Positions 37,821-51,200 of a stretch of 64,000 bases of DNA are shown here, in pieces. Source of the DNA: Paraspadella gotoi (Eukaryota; Animalia; Chaetognatha); NCBI GenBank assembly GCA_051294375.1, contig CM119265.1, positions 12,513,866 through 12,577,865 of the forward strand, read 5' to 3'. Each line of letters starts with the position of its first letter. Positions within the stretch are counted from its first letter, which is position 1. A program made the translations under genes and the position numbers. The notes below the pieces were generated by a model. The model was not told where the DNA came from, searched no databases, and was given only the letters and a program-made list of their open reading frames with translations.

Positions 37821-39479
37821 AAACTGAAAGCGTTCATGATTCTAGGCGTGGGTGAACCTAGCAACGGCTCCCGACTACACTCCTCTGTATCAGCCGGAAA
37901 TGTCTAAACGGGAGTTCGAGACTCGAAGAAGTCTCTCGATGAATAGATCGAGCGTTAAAAAACTACTTAATTCAAGGTGGATCGTGAGGTGGAGGATTAG
38001 GTGGTTTAAAAGTGTGAGTATTGGTATGAGAATAATTTCATGGTTTTTTTTTTCGCGGATGACGTCGAAAAAAGGAAGTGACATTGCGTGAGGAGTGGAG
38101 AGCGCAAGGGCGGCGGACTGGGATGAAGGTCCGGTGACGGGTAGCTTCCGGTAATTCTTACGTCTTTGCGGCGGCAAACGTTAGTCGATTACGAACGAAA
38201 ATCTAGATGAAGTCACGCTCACGGAGAAATGGGATACGAGTCTCGCCCTCTCATCCAATCGATGGGCGAAGTACAGAAAAAAAGGAAATCCAGAAAAAAA
38301 ATAAGGCCAGACGTTTTTCGGTCATCCTTCTCCCACCCACCGGCCACCGCCACCGCCACCGCCCCGCCACCGCCACCGCCACCCCACCCGCCACCTGCAC
38401 GCCACCGCCACGCCACCGGCCGACCGTGTTCACCCGGCCATTAAAAAGAGGGTCGTTTGTTCGAAGTGACCCTTAACCGGGAGTTGGGGACTCGACGGAT
38501 CGACGGGATCTTGCTGATCATCTCATTTGACTGGACGAGAAAGTCAAATCACGTGAGAATTCATCCTGCGCGCGAATACTTCTTTCTTTAAGCACAAATC
38601 CGGCTATGCGACATCACCTCCCGTCTGCAACTAGTTGTTTTATTAACAAATGAGTAAAATTAGGAACAGACTTCGTTCTATCATTTCGAACACCCTAGTA
38701 AATCCTATTCAAAGATCTCTGCAAATTTTGTAAAGTGTTGACATTTTTTTCTTGATTTTACGGAAGTTTGTTCGGTCGAAAGAAAGAAATGACGATCGAT
38801 TATGTCCAATTTTCAAAAATTTTTTTTTCCTTTTTATTTTCCCTAATCGAGGAAAGGAGGAAGATGATTGGTGTTGATCCGGAAAAGGGGAAACGGTCGG
38901 GGAGAGAAAAGAACAATACGTACGGATGGATGCTTCGATACTTTCAGTATGTCTTATTTAAGAACGTTTCTTTAATGTAAGAAGAATGCATAGAAGGAAA
39001 AACTAAACACTATAAAAAAAAAAACAGAAAAAAACAACCAACATTACGAATTGCGTCCTTAATGGAAAAGTCTCGTTTCTTAAAGAAAATAAAAATCCAA
39101 CGATCGTGGATTAAACCCACACAGAACCAATCTCGCCCTTTTTTCTTCCCAACCTTTCCATCCTTTCTTCAATTCGATCAACCTTTATTATTCGTCCTTG
39201 ATTCCCTCTCAATCCTTATTCGACCAAAGCTTTATATTTTATTCCTCCTTTCTCATCCAAATCACTTTGTCTACTCGCAGAAAATCTTTGCCTCATCGCG
39301 CTGTTTCTTTAAACGCGCCTTCGTCTCCTATTCGTTTTAAATCTCGTCAATTCTAATCTTATGCTCCTTGTTATGAGTTATCACCTCATTCTCCTTACGT
39401 CAAAACCATTTGACCTTTCCATTCATATTACTCTTCCTACTTTTCTGAACTCGTCTTGCTTTTCATTTCTTATCAGCAT

Positions 39480-39800
39480 TTCAATTCTCATGTTTATTCC
39501 AGTCTTCTCATCTTATCCCCACGCCCATACTCATCCAATATCCTTTTCACTCCCATTCTCATCTTTATCCCATCCCATTCCCATCACTCTCCTCCCCATC
39601 TCATATTATCCACCCATCTCATCCAATATGTCTCCTCCCATCTCATCTTATCCCATGACATCTCCTTCCATCTCATATTATCCCATCCCATCTATCCAAA
39701 GCCCGTCTCATCTCTATCCCGTGCCATCTCCTCCCATCTCATTCTTATCCCATGCCATTCTCATCCGATCTCGTTGCTCACTCATCTCATCTTTCTCCAT
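39480..39800. repeat. Degenerate CCATCTCATCTTATC-type minisatellite
   Basis: Repeated (T/C)CCCATCTCAT(C/A)TTATCCCA units; a cleaner copy lies at 58060-58350. Confidence 0.85.
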
Positions 39801-39969
39801 CAATTCTCCCGAAAGCATAACTCCTTTTGGCCTAAGCTTCGGATAGCCGAGAACGTCGCGCGAAAGAGAAGAGGCGTCTCGATTTGGAAAGAGAAGATAA
39901 AAACCTCGCAGAGATGATAACGCAGGCAATATTTAAATTAATTGTATAAATTATATTGAAAATATAATG

Positions 39970-40410
39970 ATATACTGTAAGGCCGACAAATAAAAACATT
40001 CCGTAAATTACAACAAACACGTACTCTAAATATTGCCAATCATCACAATAAATTATAAATCATAACATAATTATTTTATGAAATTTATATGCGTTATAAA
40101 AAATTATGCAAAACATCTAGGAAAAAAGATTGAACATAAGCCATTTATTCAATAAAAAGTAATACCAATATATGGGTAAAACATTCTGAATAATTGGTAT
40201 CTCTTTTCGGCATCGAGTACTGCCTGCATTCATTGGCATGCTCTCATACCAGCAAGATTAGGTTATGACATTGAAATGGTTTCCATACTTTAACGCGAAT
40301 ATTTCAGACCCAATGTTCATGTTGCATTGCTTTCCCTCTTTTTAAAAGGTATATAGTAGCACTTTTTGAACCAAAAAGCGGTCATTGCAAGTCCTTTAGC
40401 ATTGCCCAAA
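39970..40410 (-). mobile_element. Tc1/mariner transposon 3' remnant
   Basis: Minus-strand translation (clearer in copy 2) VKVWKTISLSYLNLLYESMLR*MQAVLDAE..HTKY matches the Tc1 transposase C-terminal W..I....L..L..SM..R..AV......TKY pattern. Confidence 0.65.
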
Positions 40411-41268
40411 TTAAAAAAAAAATAAAAAAATAACTAACTAAGGAAATACTAATTATAATTTTTGCGCCATTTTTTATTTGAATAACAATATATTATTGGC
40501 CATAACTTCTAAACAATAAACCTAAACAAAAAAATGAGGAACGTACCTGAAAAGGAAAATTCAATTTAGATCAGAAAATTTCTGATTTTTTAAAAAAAAT
40601 CAAACAATTTCGAATAGATATCCTTTATTAAAAGATGTTATATACTTTTTTTCTAGATAGTAATTGCGTATGGAATTAAAACAAATAACAGACTCGAAAC
40701 TCATTCATCAAGCTGCGACAATACATTCGCATAAATCTGAAGAATATATGCAGGAAATAATTAGAAAGGCTTGATGCAATTTTTCATAATTATTGAAAAT
40801 TTACATGCAAGCCGCTTCTTAGACAAGACCCTATTTCGTGCCGCTCCGATCTAGATGTTCTAATCCAATGCTACTTTATCTTTCTTTTATTCTATTATTC
40901 CTTTAGCGAGAGCGAGTAAAGTAGGCTGTTGCGGACAGGTTGGGTATGGATCTATGTTATGCAACAGCCGGTTCTTGATGCCATGGCATGGGGCATCTCA
41001 CGTGCTTGGGGGGCTTCCGACGTCTCAGTGACGCCTCTCGTTACTGGCGCGTTTTCATAGACGTCTGCGCTTTGCAACGGAAGTCATAGAAATGAGATTA
41101 ACACAACGCTTGGGATGTGTGTTCCCCCTCTAGCCAATTGGATTCTGAACGATGATGACGTGAGGCGGTGTTTACAAATAGACCACCACAATGTCTTCAT
41201 ATTATTTTAGCAAGGGCTGATTGTGACTAGTGAGCCCGAGCAAGTCTAGGAGGTAAAATCAATTCTCT

Positions 41269-41336
<68 letters not shown>

Positions 41337-42659
41337 CTCTCAACTCTACCTCTCTCTCTCTCTCAAATACTCTCCGCTTTTCTTTTGGGGGAAGATAAGG
41401 TCGCGGGGCAACGCGTTGACATTCCTCAAAGAACGTCACTCTGAACAACGATGTTATATTTGTTAATGAAAATGACGTGAAATCAACTCACGCTGTGGAC
41501 CAATTTCAAGCTTAACATAATACTATTATTATTCACTCCACATAGGTTTAAAAGCTTAATAGAAGACTTCTACAATCCTACAGCGACATATGGCTAATGA
41601 TTACCTTCACTATGAGAGTGATGATAAAATAGATGACGTGACGATCACAATAATAAAAAGTTAAGCCAGTTGCTCCCCTTTTTTTTTTCTGAACAAATAT
41701 TCGAAGGCGCGAGTTTCTGGAAACCAGAAAATCCGATTTTTGACGAAAATGAGGAGGACAGATGATGAGGAGAACTCGGGGGGAAATAGTAAATGGAAAT
41801 GCAGATGATGGGAAGAAATCGAGATAAATGAAAAAAGATATGAAATGGCATGTTAAAATAAAGTTTATTTTTGGAAAAATTTTTAAAACTTTTTGGTATT
41901 TTGGATTTACTGTAAGTTTGATTTCGCGTTCAAAATATAAAACAAAACAAACATTACCAAAACAAACGCCGTTGTAACAACCGCAGACAACGCAGGCAAC
42001 GCCGACCCACACAGGCGCGTCGACCCACACAGGCACGTCGACCACGAATTCGACCTCTGGTGACCACCAACATTGAGAGTCCGAAGAGAGAGATAACCCC
42101 CGACGAACGACGACGACGACGATAAACGACGAGACGTAAACGCACCCTCACATAGAGAGAGTTGAAAGAGGAACAAAAAAACTTGATCGGAAATCCGCGA
42201 TTGTGAGCGGATTATAAAGCTCCATACACCCCCCCCTCAGATTATAAAGAAGTTCATGACTCAAGACCCACCAATCTTCTGCCCTTTAATTCACTTCACA
42301 TTTTCCAATATTTTCTTTCCATCCACAGCTTGCGCATTTTCCTCTCAAATTTCGAAGCGAAAAAAGGATGAAGAGGTTTTGTTTTTTTAATTTAATTACA
42401 ATTTTTAATTGCGTAAACATGCGCCAATGTTTTTTATCGTTTCCTGCTTCTCACAAGTCCGCGAGAAGACGTTGGCCGACCGGTGTACACCGACACGAGA
42501 TGGAGATTCGAACAAAAAGTCGTTTTCGGGAATAAGGATCGAGGTTTGTTCTCAAACTCTGGTTATTACCATATTAATGATACAGTAAAAATAAAAATAC
42601 TTTAGTTAAAAACAGTATATTTTTATAAGAATATTTGTCGTGACCCTCAGAGGTTTTCG

Positions 42660-45292
42660 AACCGATTACCATTTGACGGACGTCCAATTCCATCGCCCTC
42701 TCTAACGAGGGTCCGCCCGTTCGTCACCCCATCGCCCAATCGCACGCGATTCAAACGCCGCTACCCGCGACCGCGAAACCTCCTCCGGAAACGAAGTTCT
42801 CGGTACGACGAAAATATTCGAAAACGTGCCTTGACGCGACTCGACCGGGGACGACGGACGAAAGAGCGATGACCGCTGGCGATGACGAGGGCGACGCCAA
42901 CGGCGACCGATCCGACGACTACTGGAGATCTCGACGTCTGTTCGGAAAGACGACGAGGATTCCGGTCGAAAACGGACGCACTACTCTGCAAACATTCGCT
43001 TGCGAAGAAGTATCAGGTTCGATGCCGAATATTTGTTTGATTTTCTATTAAAAAATTCTATCGTAAAATCTTCAATCCTTATTCTATTGTTTATCTCAGG
43101 CGCCCAATCGGTTCTGTTTCCGATGCCCGGAAAAAAACTTGGAAAAAGCGAACCAAAGGCTCGCGGAAAGTTATTTTTGAACCGATTGTCAGTAAAAAAA
43201 CGACAAATTCTTTTACTAATTAATTTTAATTTTCTTTTAAAAAAGGGTGCAACGAATTTCGTCATGAGTGCATCAAGCTGGGGGTTGTTTCAAACTGCGG
43301 TGCGATTATCTCATTTCCAATCTTGACTATGATGAAGAGAAGGAAGGCGGATTTACGTCTTACGGTTATCAACGAAGGCGAAGAATTAAGGAAATTTAAT
43401 TTTGTATTTGCGTTTCGAGGCCATAAAAGAATTTAGTTTAATTTAATACCGCGTTATTATTAAAACCTTGAATGCTTTAACCAGGCTACGAACCGCTCGC
43501 GAGGATATTCGCTTCGCACGCCCGAGAAAGCCTGACGCGACGCTGGCGCCGCAACGCTCCGCCAATTCCAGCGCCGCCTCCACCGACGCCTCCGCTCGCG
43601 GCGCGCCTTCGAGTTTTCTCGTGGTCTCCGAAGAAAAAATCCCTACGAAGCGGAGAAGTTGACGAAGATCGCGACTCTGTTGGCGAGATCAAAGTCGAGC
43701 TTCGAGAATATGTGCCTTGGGTAAGTTTGGGTGAGGGATTAGGGTCACTCGCTAGAATTGAAAACAATAAGTTCGCTAAGAATTTGAATTTATAAATTTA
43801 CTTGAATATTAATAAAGGCCAGGATCGAATATCTTGTGGCATCCGAATTCTACAGTAATTATGAATATAATATATAATGGATAAATTTATATTGGTTTAC
43901 CATTTCATTAAAATTCAGCCTCCTTGTATTTTGATGCTAGTGCGGAGTACAATAAGTATTCCCGATCTAATACTTAAGGAGTGGCCTTCATACAATTGAA
44001 ACATCTTTGAAATATTTTCCACTTCTATTGCTAGGAAGCAGGTACTCGGGAGTGAATAAACAAGGACTGTGAGAGAGTCTTGATTGGAAAGCTCTGCAGG
44101 ACCTGCTATGTCATTATCTTGTAAGAGTGATGGAGGCCTTAAACCACCAAAGCCTGTCGCAAAACAGGCAAGATAGTTTATTTATTAAATAATGGATAAT
44201 TATATTGGTTTACCAATTTTCATAAAAATCACTCCTTGTATTTTATGCTTGTGCGGAGTACAATAATATTCCCCATCTTATACTTAAGGGAGTGTCTTTC
44301 ATACATTGAAACATTCTTTGAAATATTTCCACTTCATTGATAGGAAGCCTGGGTACTCTGGATATAAACAAGACTGTGAAGTCTCTGTTGAAAGCTTGCA
44401 GATCCTGCTATTCATTATTTGTAAGAGTGATGGAGCCTTAACCACCAAACCGTCCAAAGTCAGGGCAAGATAGCTTATTTATTAAATGAATGGATAATTT
44501 TAATTGGTTGTACCAAATTTCATTAAAATTCAGCTCCTGGTATTTTGATGCTAGGGCGAGTACAATAAGTATTCCCCGATCTAATACTAACGGGAGTGGT
44601 CGTTCATACAATTGAAACATCTTTGAAATATTTTCCACTTCAATGATAGGGAAGCCAGTACTCTGGGATGAATGAAAACAAGACTGTGAGAGTCTCTGAT
44701 TGAAAGCTTGCAGAACCTGCTATTGTCATTATTCTTTTAAGTGATTGGAGGCCTTAACCACCAAAAAGCCCTGTCCAAAGTCAGGGCAAGATAGCTTATT
44801 ATTAAATGAATGGATAATTTTATATTGTTGACTTTTGTAGCCAATTTCATAACTATATAATATTAAATCAAATTATCAAATGGGTTCCAATATTTAAAGC
44901 TTCCACTTTCAAGTAGCTTTCTTTTTCCTTCGACACCACTCTCATTGTACTGCAGCACCATTTTACGACAATGCGTCGAGATCCTATCGTCGTCTTCATC
45001 GTTATTACGGAATCCGGGTAACTCTTCTCACTACGACCAACAGCACAAAACACTTTGACCTTGTTTCCCCCTCAGTGATCAGGCTTCGCTTTTGGATCAG
45101 TCCATCCTAGCGACTGTCGATCAACCATTCCCTCACTGCCTTCTTTCAACGGATGCTCCTCTGATGAGAAGCAGACCACGAGAAGACGAAGCACGTTCTC
45201 GCTTCTTAAGGGCAAGGAGGAAGCAACAAAAGACAGCAACTACTATCACATGCCCCTTTAGAGAGCGTTGCTGTGTTATTTGCGAAACCTAA
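42660..45292 (+). CDS. Same putative unknown gene in duplication copy 1 (approximate span)
   Basis: Colinear with 61260-63310, with the same splice-like boundaries but more indels. Confidence 0.4.
44115..44175 (+). ncRNA. Twister candidate, array unit 1 (L4 corrupted)
   Basis: 5' half identical to 62724-62766; loop 4 reads UCGCAAAA. Confidence 0.5.
44416..44472 (+). ncRNA. Twister candidate, array unit 2 (several 1-nt deletions)
   Basis: GTAAGAGTGATGGAGCCTTAACCACCAAACCGTCCAAAGTCAGGGCAAGATA. Confidence 0.5.
44730..44793 (+). ncRNA. Twister candidate, array unit 3 (indels in the 5' half)
   Basis: GTGATTGGAGGCCTTAACCACCAAAAAGCCCTGTCCAAAGTCAGGGCAAGATA. Confidence 0.5.
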
Positions 45293-46574
45293 CAAAATAT
45301 TTGATATGAAGTCTGTTTTCTTTCTAACAGCCATTAAAAAAAAAAAAGAAATCTTTGTCATTGATCTAAATGGCTTAAAATACCTTTTTAAATTACTACG
45401 CTGCATGTATAATACTTTGCAATATAAAAAATTCATGACCAAATTTATGTTGGCATGATGGACAAGTTGGCACTATAATGCATAACAATTTTTGTGCTTT
45501 CCATTTCGCAAGGAACTGCATTAAAACCTGAAATTTATAACAGTTTGTGGTTTTAAACTGAGTTAAATCTTCTTGAAATTTTTATCTTAAATTTTTTATA
45601 GTTACTTTTGCATATTTCATTGACCCGATTTATTGACACTGACAATGGACAATGGCACCGTTCCCATTTCTTTCGTTGTTTTCTATCTTGAAACATAACT
45701 AAAAACAATTAATGTTATCATAATAGATTTATTTTGCTAATAAAAGAATTATGTTGTGGAGACAAGTCTTTGACACTTATTATTAAAATGTTAATTAAAA
45801 ATTTTTAAAAGCACTAATCGTAAATAAAAAACAATTAGTGAATTTGTCATGTTTCTAAGCTTTTCCGGTAGGTGGGACAAGAAAGCAAGGCGCATGCTCG
45901 TGGAAAACAGAAAGACAAAAAATGCTATTAAAAAATAAAATCATAGCTCAATTTTTCGTGTCAAATTTCGACGATGAAGATAGATTTCAAAATTGTCAGA
46001 TTTTCCCGTTGCTTAAATGATATTAAGTTCAAAACCTCTATTTGCATTTAAATATATCAAACAATAATCTTGATAATCTCTATCTACCAATATGAAAAAT
46101 TTAAAATTTTACCCTTCATAACTTAGCCCTCGTCCTTACCCCGAACGAAATTATTTCTCTCATTTTCCTTGCACGCGATCGACACATTACGCTCAAAGAT
46201 TTGATACCCTCATCCTTTTGACGTACCTGCCCAACCTCAAAAATCTTTTTTTTTACCTATTTCGAATCTGTTAATTGTTTTTTCGTTTTTAATTTTATTC
46301 CTTGCTTATTATTTTTTCAACTCACAGTATATTAACGAGTAAAATACTTTCGGTTAGATCAAATCGTTCCACCTCATCTGTTTTCAACTCTTAACATACC
46401 ACAATAATCTCTATTCCCTGCCTCTTTCAGCATTCAATTCACTTTTATTTTCTTCCTCTTCCTCTTCCCCTTTTACTCATCCTTCACTCGTATATTTCAC
46501 CGGTCTCTCCTCCACTCAAATTTCCCGCCCCCTTTGCCTCTCCCCCGAAAAAAATATTGTTTCCTTCGTCCGTC

Positions 46575-46715
46575 AATGGCGGCGACTCCACCGGATGAAA
46601 GGGCCCGCGGGCGCGCCTTCCCAGCGCCGCTAACCGCGACCGCCAATCAGGGCGCCGCTTCCGTCCAGTGTCCGCACAACACATGAGCAACCAAATTCAA
46701 TTACGCGAGTCACGT
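46575..46715. promoter_or_regulatory. CpG-rich promoter-like island
   Basis: GC/CpG-dense stretch with CCAATCAG, GGGCGCC, CTTCCG and ATGGCGG motifs; no linked gene identified. Confidence 0.35.
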
Positions 46716-46829
46716 TGACCATAACAAAAACACAAACTATCATATTTTCTCACGGCCCGATTCTATCTGAAGCCCCCCCCTTCATCCCCAAATCTCTCTC
46801 TCTCCTCTTCTCTTCTCTTTCTCTCTTCC

Positions 46830-46869
<40 letters not shown>

Positions 46870-48045
46870 CTCCTCTCTCTCTCTCTCTCCCTCTTCTCTC
46901 TCTGGCTACACCGATTAAACGGATTTTAGGCGTCTCGACCCTCGACCTCGGGCAAAAGCCAAAAAAAAAAAGAAAGAAAAAAAAGAATCCCGTCAAAATA
47001 CGACAAAAAGTAATATGCGACGGAAAAAAAAAATACCGGTCTTAAAATATAATATAAAAAAAATTGGTATGAAAAAAAAGGCGTCAGAATTGAGTGGTGA
47101 ATTACGGAGGCAGTAATGAGGAATCGAAAAAAAGGAGAATAGAAAAAAAAAAATGCGAAGACAAAAAGATAGGGGTTTAATAGATTAATTGATTAATAGT
47201 TAAAGAATCTAGTGAATAGTGAGTTAAAAACATATTCATTCGCACATTAAGGACGTTATTACTTTTAAGACTATGCCACTGGCACTGGCAGATTGACATT
47301 GCAGGATTCAGTTTCACCGATCATCCTGGTTTCTGTATGTAACTATGCATGCATACAGTACGCTGAGATTTGGATAATCGTTCCATTCAGGAAATGTTTG
47401 ACTTTTGTCCTTTTGACCCCTGCCGCCCAGAGCTGTCATTGCAATAAAAAAAAGATGGGAAAATCGCACTTGGTTCCGTGGGTGTAGCTCTAAAGTTAAA
47501 CGACCGTAACTGGTCGCGATGTCAGCATTGCAACAGAATCGGCAGATGGTAATGACGCGTCGGCGCCCCGAGCATTGTGCGGCAAGAGTGAGAGTGTAGC
47601 ACGTCGATGACGACGACAACCGATGACGATAAGACAACCGATGACGACGACAACGATATCTGTCCGAAGATAAGCACCCGGGATTCTGAGATTTTCCCTC
47701 TTTCTCTCATCATCCAAATTTGTTTTGCCTTTTCTCATCGCGACTCCGAATTCTCCATTCGCTTTTCATCACGTGAGAACGTCCTCGCCAATCTCCCTCA
47801 GAATCACTCTCTATTTTTTTTGCAAATTTCCAAGGCTGATACCTGTATTTCCCCGCCAGTCAACGTCTTTCTTTTCTGACTACATGCGCCACTAACGCTC
47901 CACAGCCCACAATCCATTCTTTTCCCGAAAACTCCACAACGCCTCAGCATTGATCCCATCCTTGCTTCACACCCCTCTCCATTTTCATCTTCCACGCGTC
48001 TTTTGTCCGAGTGTTTTAGTCCCAACCGACGACACTCGTCTCTCT

Positions 48046-48111
<66 letters not shown>

Positions 48112-48250
48112 CTCCTCTCTCTCTCTCTATGCGAACCATTTCTCCTTGTCAAACCGATTCTGGTAGCTGTCTCAGCAATTCTTCGTTCCAAATCTCTCAT
48201 GACGGTTGCCGCCTCTCCTTCTCTCCTCTCTCTTCTCGCTCTCTTCTCTC

Positions 48251-48282
<32 letters not shown>

Positions 48283-51200
48283 CTTCGATTTCTACCAATG
48301 ACAAACCCCACCGTTTCATCATTCGACTATTTCCCGCTTCATTGGTTCAAGCATATTCGCTATTGATGTAAACATCCTCATTCATCAAATAAATTTTAAC
48401 GTCGAGTTACGACTTCGTGCGTCACGAAAGAAAGCCGGACGCCATGCGAAATAGCGCCGTTATCCATGATCTTGGGCCGCCCGTCCCATTCGTCCCGGCG
48501 ACCGTGGGGCGACTACAATGAGTTCGTCTTGTGTTTATCTTTACTTCCGTTCATTGACAGTGTGTCCGGCGTTCCCCTTCATCGACATCGTTTTGGAGCT
48601 GACGCCTCGTTATTCGATTCGTGCTGTCATTGACACGTCATCCGGTTGAGTTGCATCGCGCTTGCCTTTTGTCATCGGCGACGACGGTGACGGCGATCGG
48701 AGTCTGCAACGACGACGCGACCGACAACGACGTGGAAGATGACATGAACTCTGTCCGGATTATTACGTAATCGAGACGAAAGTTTGGGGGAAACGCGAGT
48801 CTAACGAATCATTTTCGTCTCGATCTTCGTCGAGCGAAACAATTACGACTAAAAATAGATCTAAATCTGAAAATCAAAATCAAAATCAAATTTAATCCGA
48901 AAAGGAGGTGTCTGTACACGAAAATTCGGATTTAAATGGTACCGTCTAAAAATGAAAATATAGAAACAAAAAAATACTTCGGCATACATGAAAACTGAAT
49001 AAAAAAGAAAGAAGAAAATTTGCGAGGTATGACTTTAGATTCCCGAAAGTTTCTCTCTATTTTGATATTATCGTCTCAGCTGCAAAATTTTTATTACATA
49101 AAAAAATGTCATCAAACTAAGAGAATTTAAATTAAAAAAAAAAAAAAAATAAGAACAAGATATGAGGAAAAATAAGATTTTCTTCAGATGCCCGCATGAC
49201 GAATGCAAAATATTAAGTCCCAATTAGAGTTGTGGTGCGACCCCGTCCCCTCCAAACGGTTGAAATGTTTCGGTCTCAGTTTTTACCCGAGCTGTTCACT
49301 CTGGCGGCAACTTACGTGAAAATTCCCATTTACCGTGGCGCAGTTATCGTCCGCTTTTTGACAAAATCCAACTAAACACAGCGCGTTCTCATACCCGATA
49401 TAGAAAATTCTGTCGCTCGTCGTCATCGTCGCGTCGCCACGTTCGTTCTGTTCTCTTCGTCTCGATGTCGTTGTTCAGTCATCGTCGCGTCGTCGATCGT
49501 CGGTCGTTGTCGATTAAATTACATTTCTTCCAAATGTATTTTCCCAATAATTCTGCCGAGCGTGGGATCGCTGCAATTTTTAGCGAATGCAGTGGATTAT
49601 CAAATATACTTATGGTATTGATTATCCTCTGATAATTATGAGTATTTTATACGGGAAAATAAAAAGATAAGATAGCCGTAAATAAAATAACCACCTAAAT
49701 CTATTTCCAAATATGTTATATTCATCGGAAATCATTGAAGACATACAAAATTAAAACTTCTGTGTGAATGTACAGCATTGCTTTCGATATCTCTGTTATC
49801 CCGACGTCGTTCTGACAACGAAACATTCTCCAAAAATAAAATCTGATACCGTAAACACGAATTACCTTCAACAAGGAGTTCTTTTCCAAGGAAACGGATA
49901 TAGAGAAGCCCGAAATTCTGCGAGTGCTTCCTCGCTCTAGTGTTTGGAAATAAGGGGGACACATTTTTCCAATCGATTTATTTATGTCGTCGTTATTGCA
50001 TTCGTCGTCGGTCGTCGCACATAAAGTGAATCGAGACCTGTTTTCATTCCAAAAATTAGTCACAAAAAAAACTTTTCTTTTTCTCAGAATCAGATTTTTT
50101 TTACCGTTTTCTTCGGAGACAATTTCGATAATTTATTTGTTTCACGTCTCAAAAACGATGTATTTGAGCTTTAGACTTTTGCCAAGAGTTTGAACCCTGA
50201 ATGTTGTCAATTCAATTTGAAACGAACCAGCGGATAATTCACTAATGAAAGCCTAAGGTTTCGATCCCGGATGTAATAATTTAAAAAAAACAAAAAAACA
50301 CACTGTTCCTTTATCAAGCCGCACGGCAATTATTAAAAATATTAATTTATTGTAGACAGAGAAAAAGTGAAAAATGATATCGCAGTATATCAAAACCTAC
50401 TTGCGGTGACACTTCCTTTCTATTTCATAAAAAAGAAATATTTGACAATCATGTTTATTCAAACGATCCTGGATCAAAATTCCCTTTTGAATCGAATATT
50501 CTAGTTGCAATTTTCACTTCGTTTTATTGACATTCAGACATTCGCTCTGGACGTTGAATCTTTCGGAGTGACGACGACCCCTCGTCGTGCTGGGCAAGCC
50601 GCTGGTCCCGTGAACGAAGCGCGACTGAACGAGACGCGAAAAAGTAAGACAAAAGGGGAAACCGACGGTGACGCAAAAAACAAACAAGAAAAAAAAAGTA
50701 TCTTAAATGCGGGTAAAAAATGCCCGAGACGAAAAGAGCCTTCTCTGTTATCGTTTATAAGCGATAATGCCGAGACGGTAAAACGATTAGAGTCGGCCGC
50801 AGGCTCGTTTCAGTGTGAACGCTTAAAAACCGTCGTTACTCACGCGTAATTTTTTCACTTCTCTAATTTTTTTCTCTTCCCAGTTAAAGCCATCTACCAA
50901 CACTAATTACTATTTGCATCATCGACGGAGAATGAGATCAGAAAATCAGGCCTCGTTTTCGTTCCAAGGATAGACGCGAATAATGGGATAGTGAATCTTC
51001 GGAATTCCGATTTAAAAAAAAAAAGAACCACCAATGGCTAAAACGAAAATACAAAAAAAATATATAGATAAAAAAAAAAAAAAAAAGAAAAGTTGTCGCA
51101 CGATCGAATCCTTTGCATCGCCCGTTCGCCGGACTGTAAAAGACATCAAGGGCCAAAAACGTCAAGCGATTCTTCTTTTTTTTTTTCAGGATCGCCTTTC

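Larger units (their letters stand above)
43876..44852 (+). repeat. Tandem array of three ~300-320-bp units plus a partial unit (candidate twister retrozyme)
   Basis: AATGGATAA unit starts at 43876, 44191, 44489 and 44809; each unit has a twister-like motif (44115-44175, 44416-44472, 44730-44793). Confidence 0.9.
35121..45968 (+). repeat. Segmental duplication, copy 1 (of 53883-64000)
   Basis: Colinear near-identity starting at GAGGAAAGAAAAAAAATTTGAAGGTTGTCTATTGCC; differences are mostly 1-nt indels. Confidence 0.95.

Noticed and set aside
39361-39917. Ser/His/Pro-rich ORFs (also 57934-58570)
   Set aside because: Read-through of the CCATCTCATCTTATC minisatellite, open in several frames.
43876-44852. 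Protein-coding or CRISPR-like interpretation of the tandem array (e.g. ORF 44438-44638)
   Set aside because: Whole units repeat with no unique spacers, the ORF is not preserved between units, and the context is eukaryotic.
45155-45200. CTGATGAG as a hammerhead core
   Set aside because: No stem II or GAAA in register; the duplicate copy reads CTCTATGAG.
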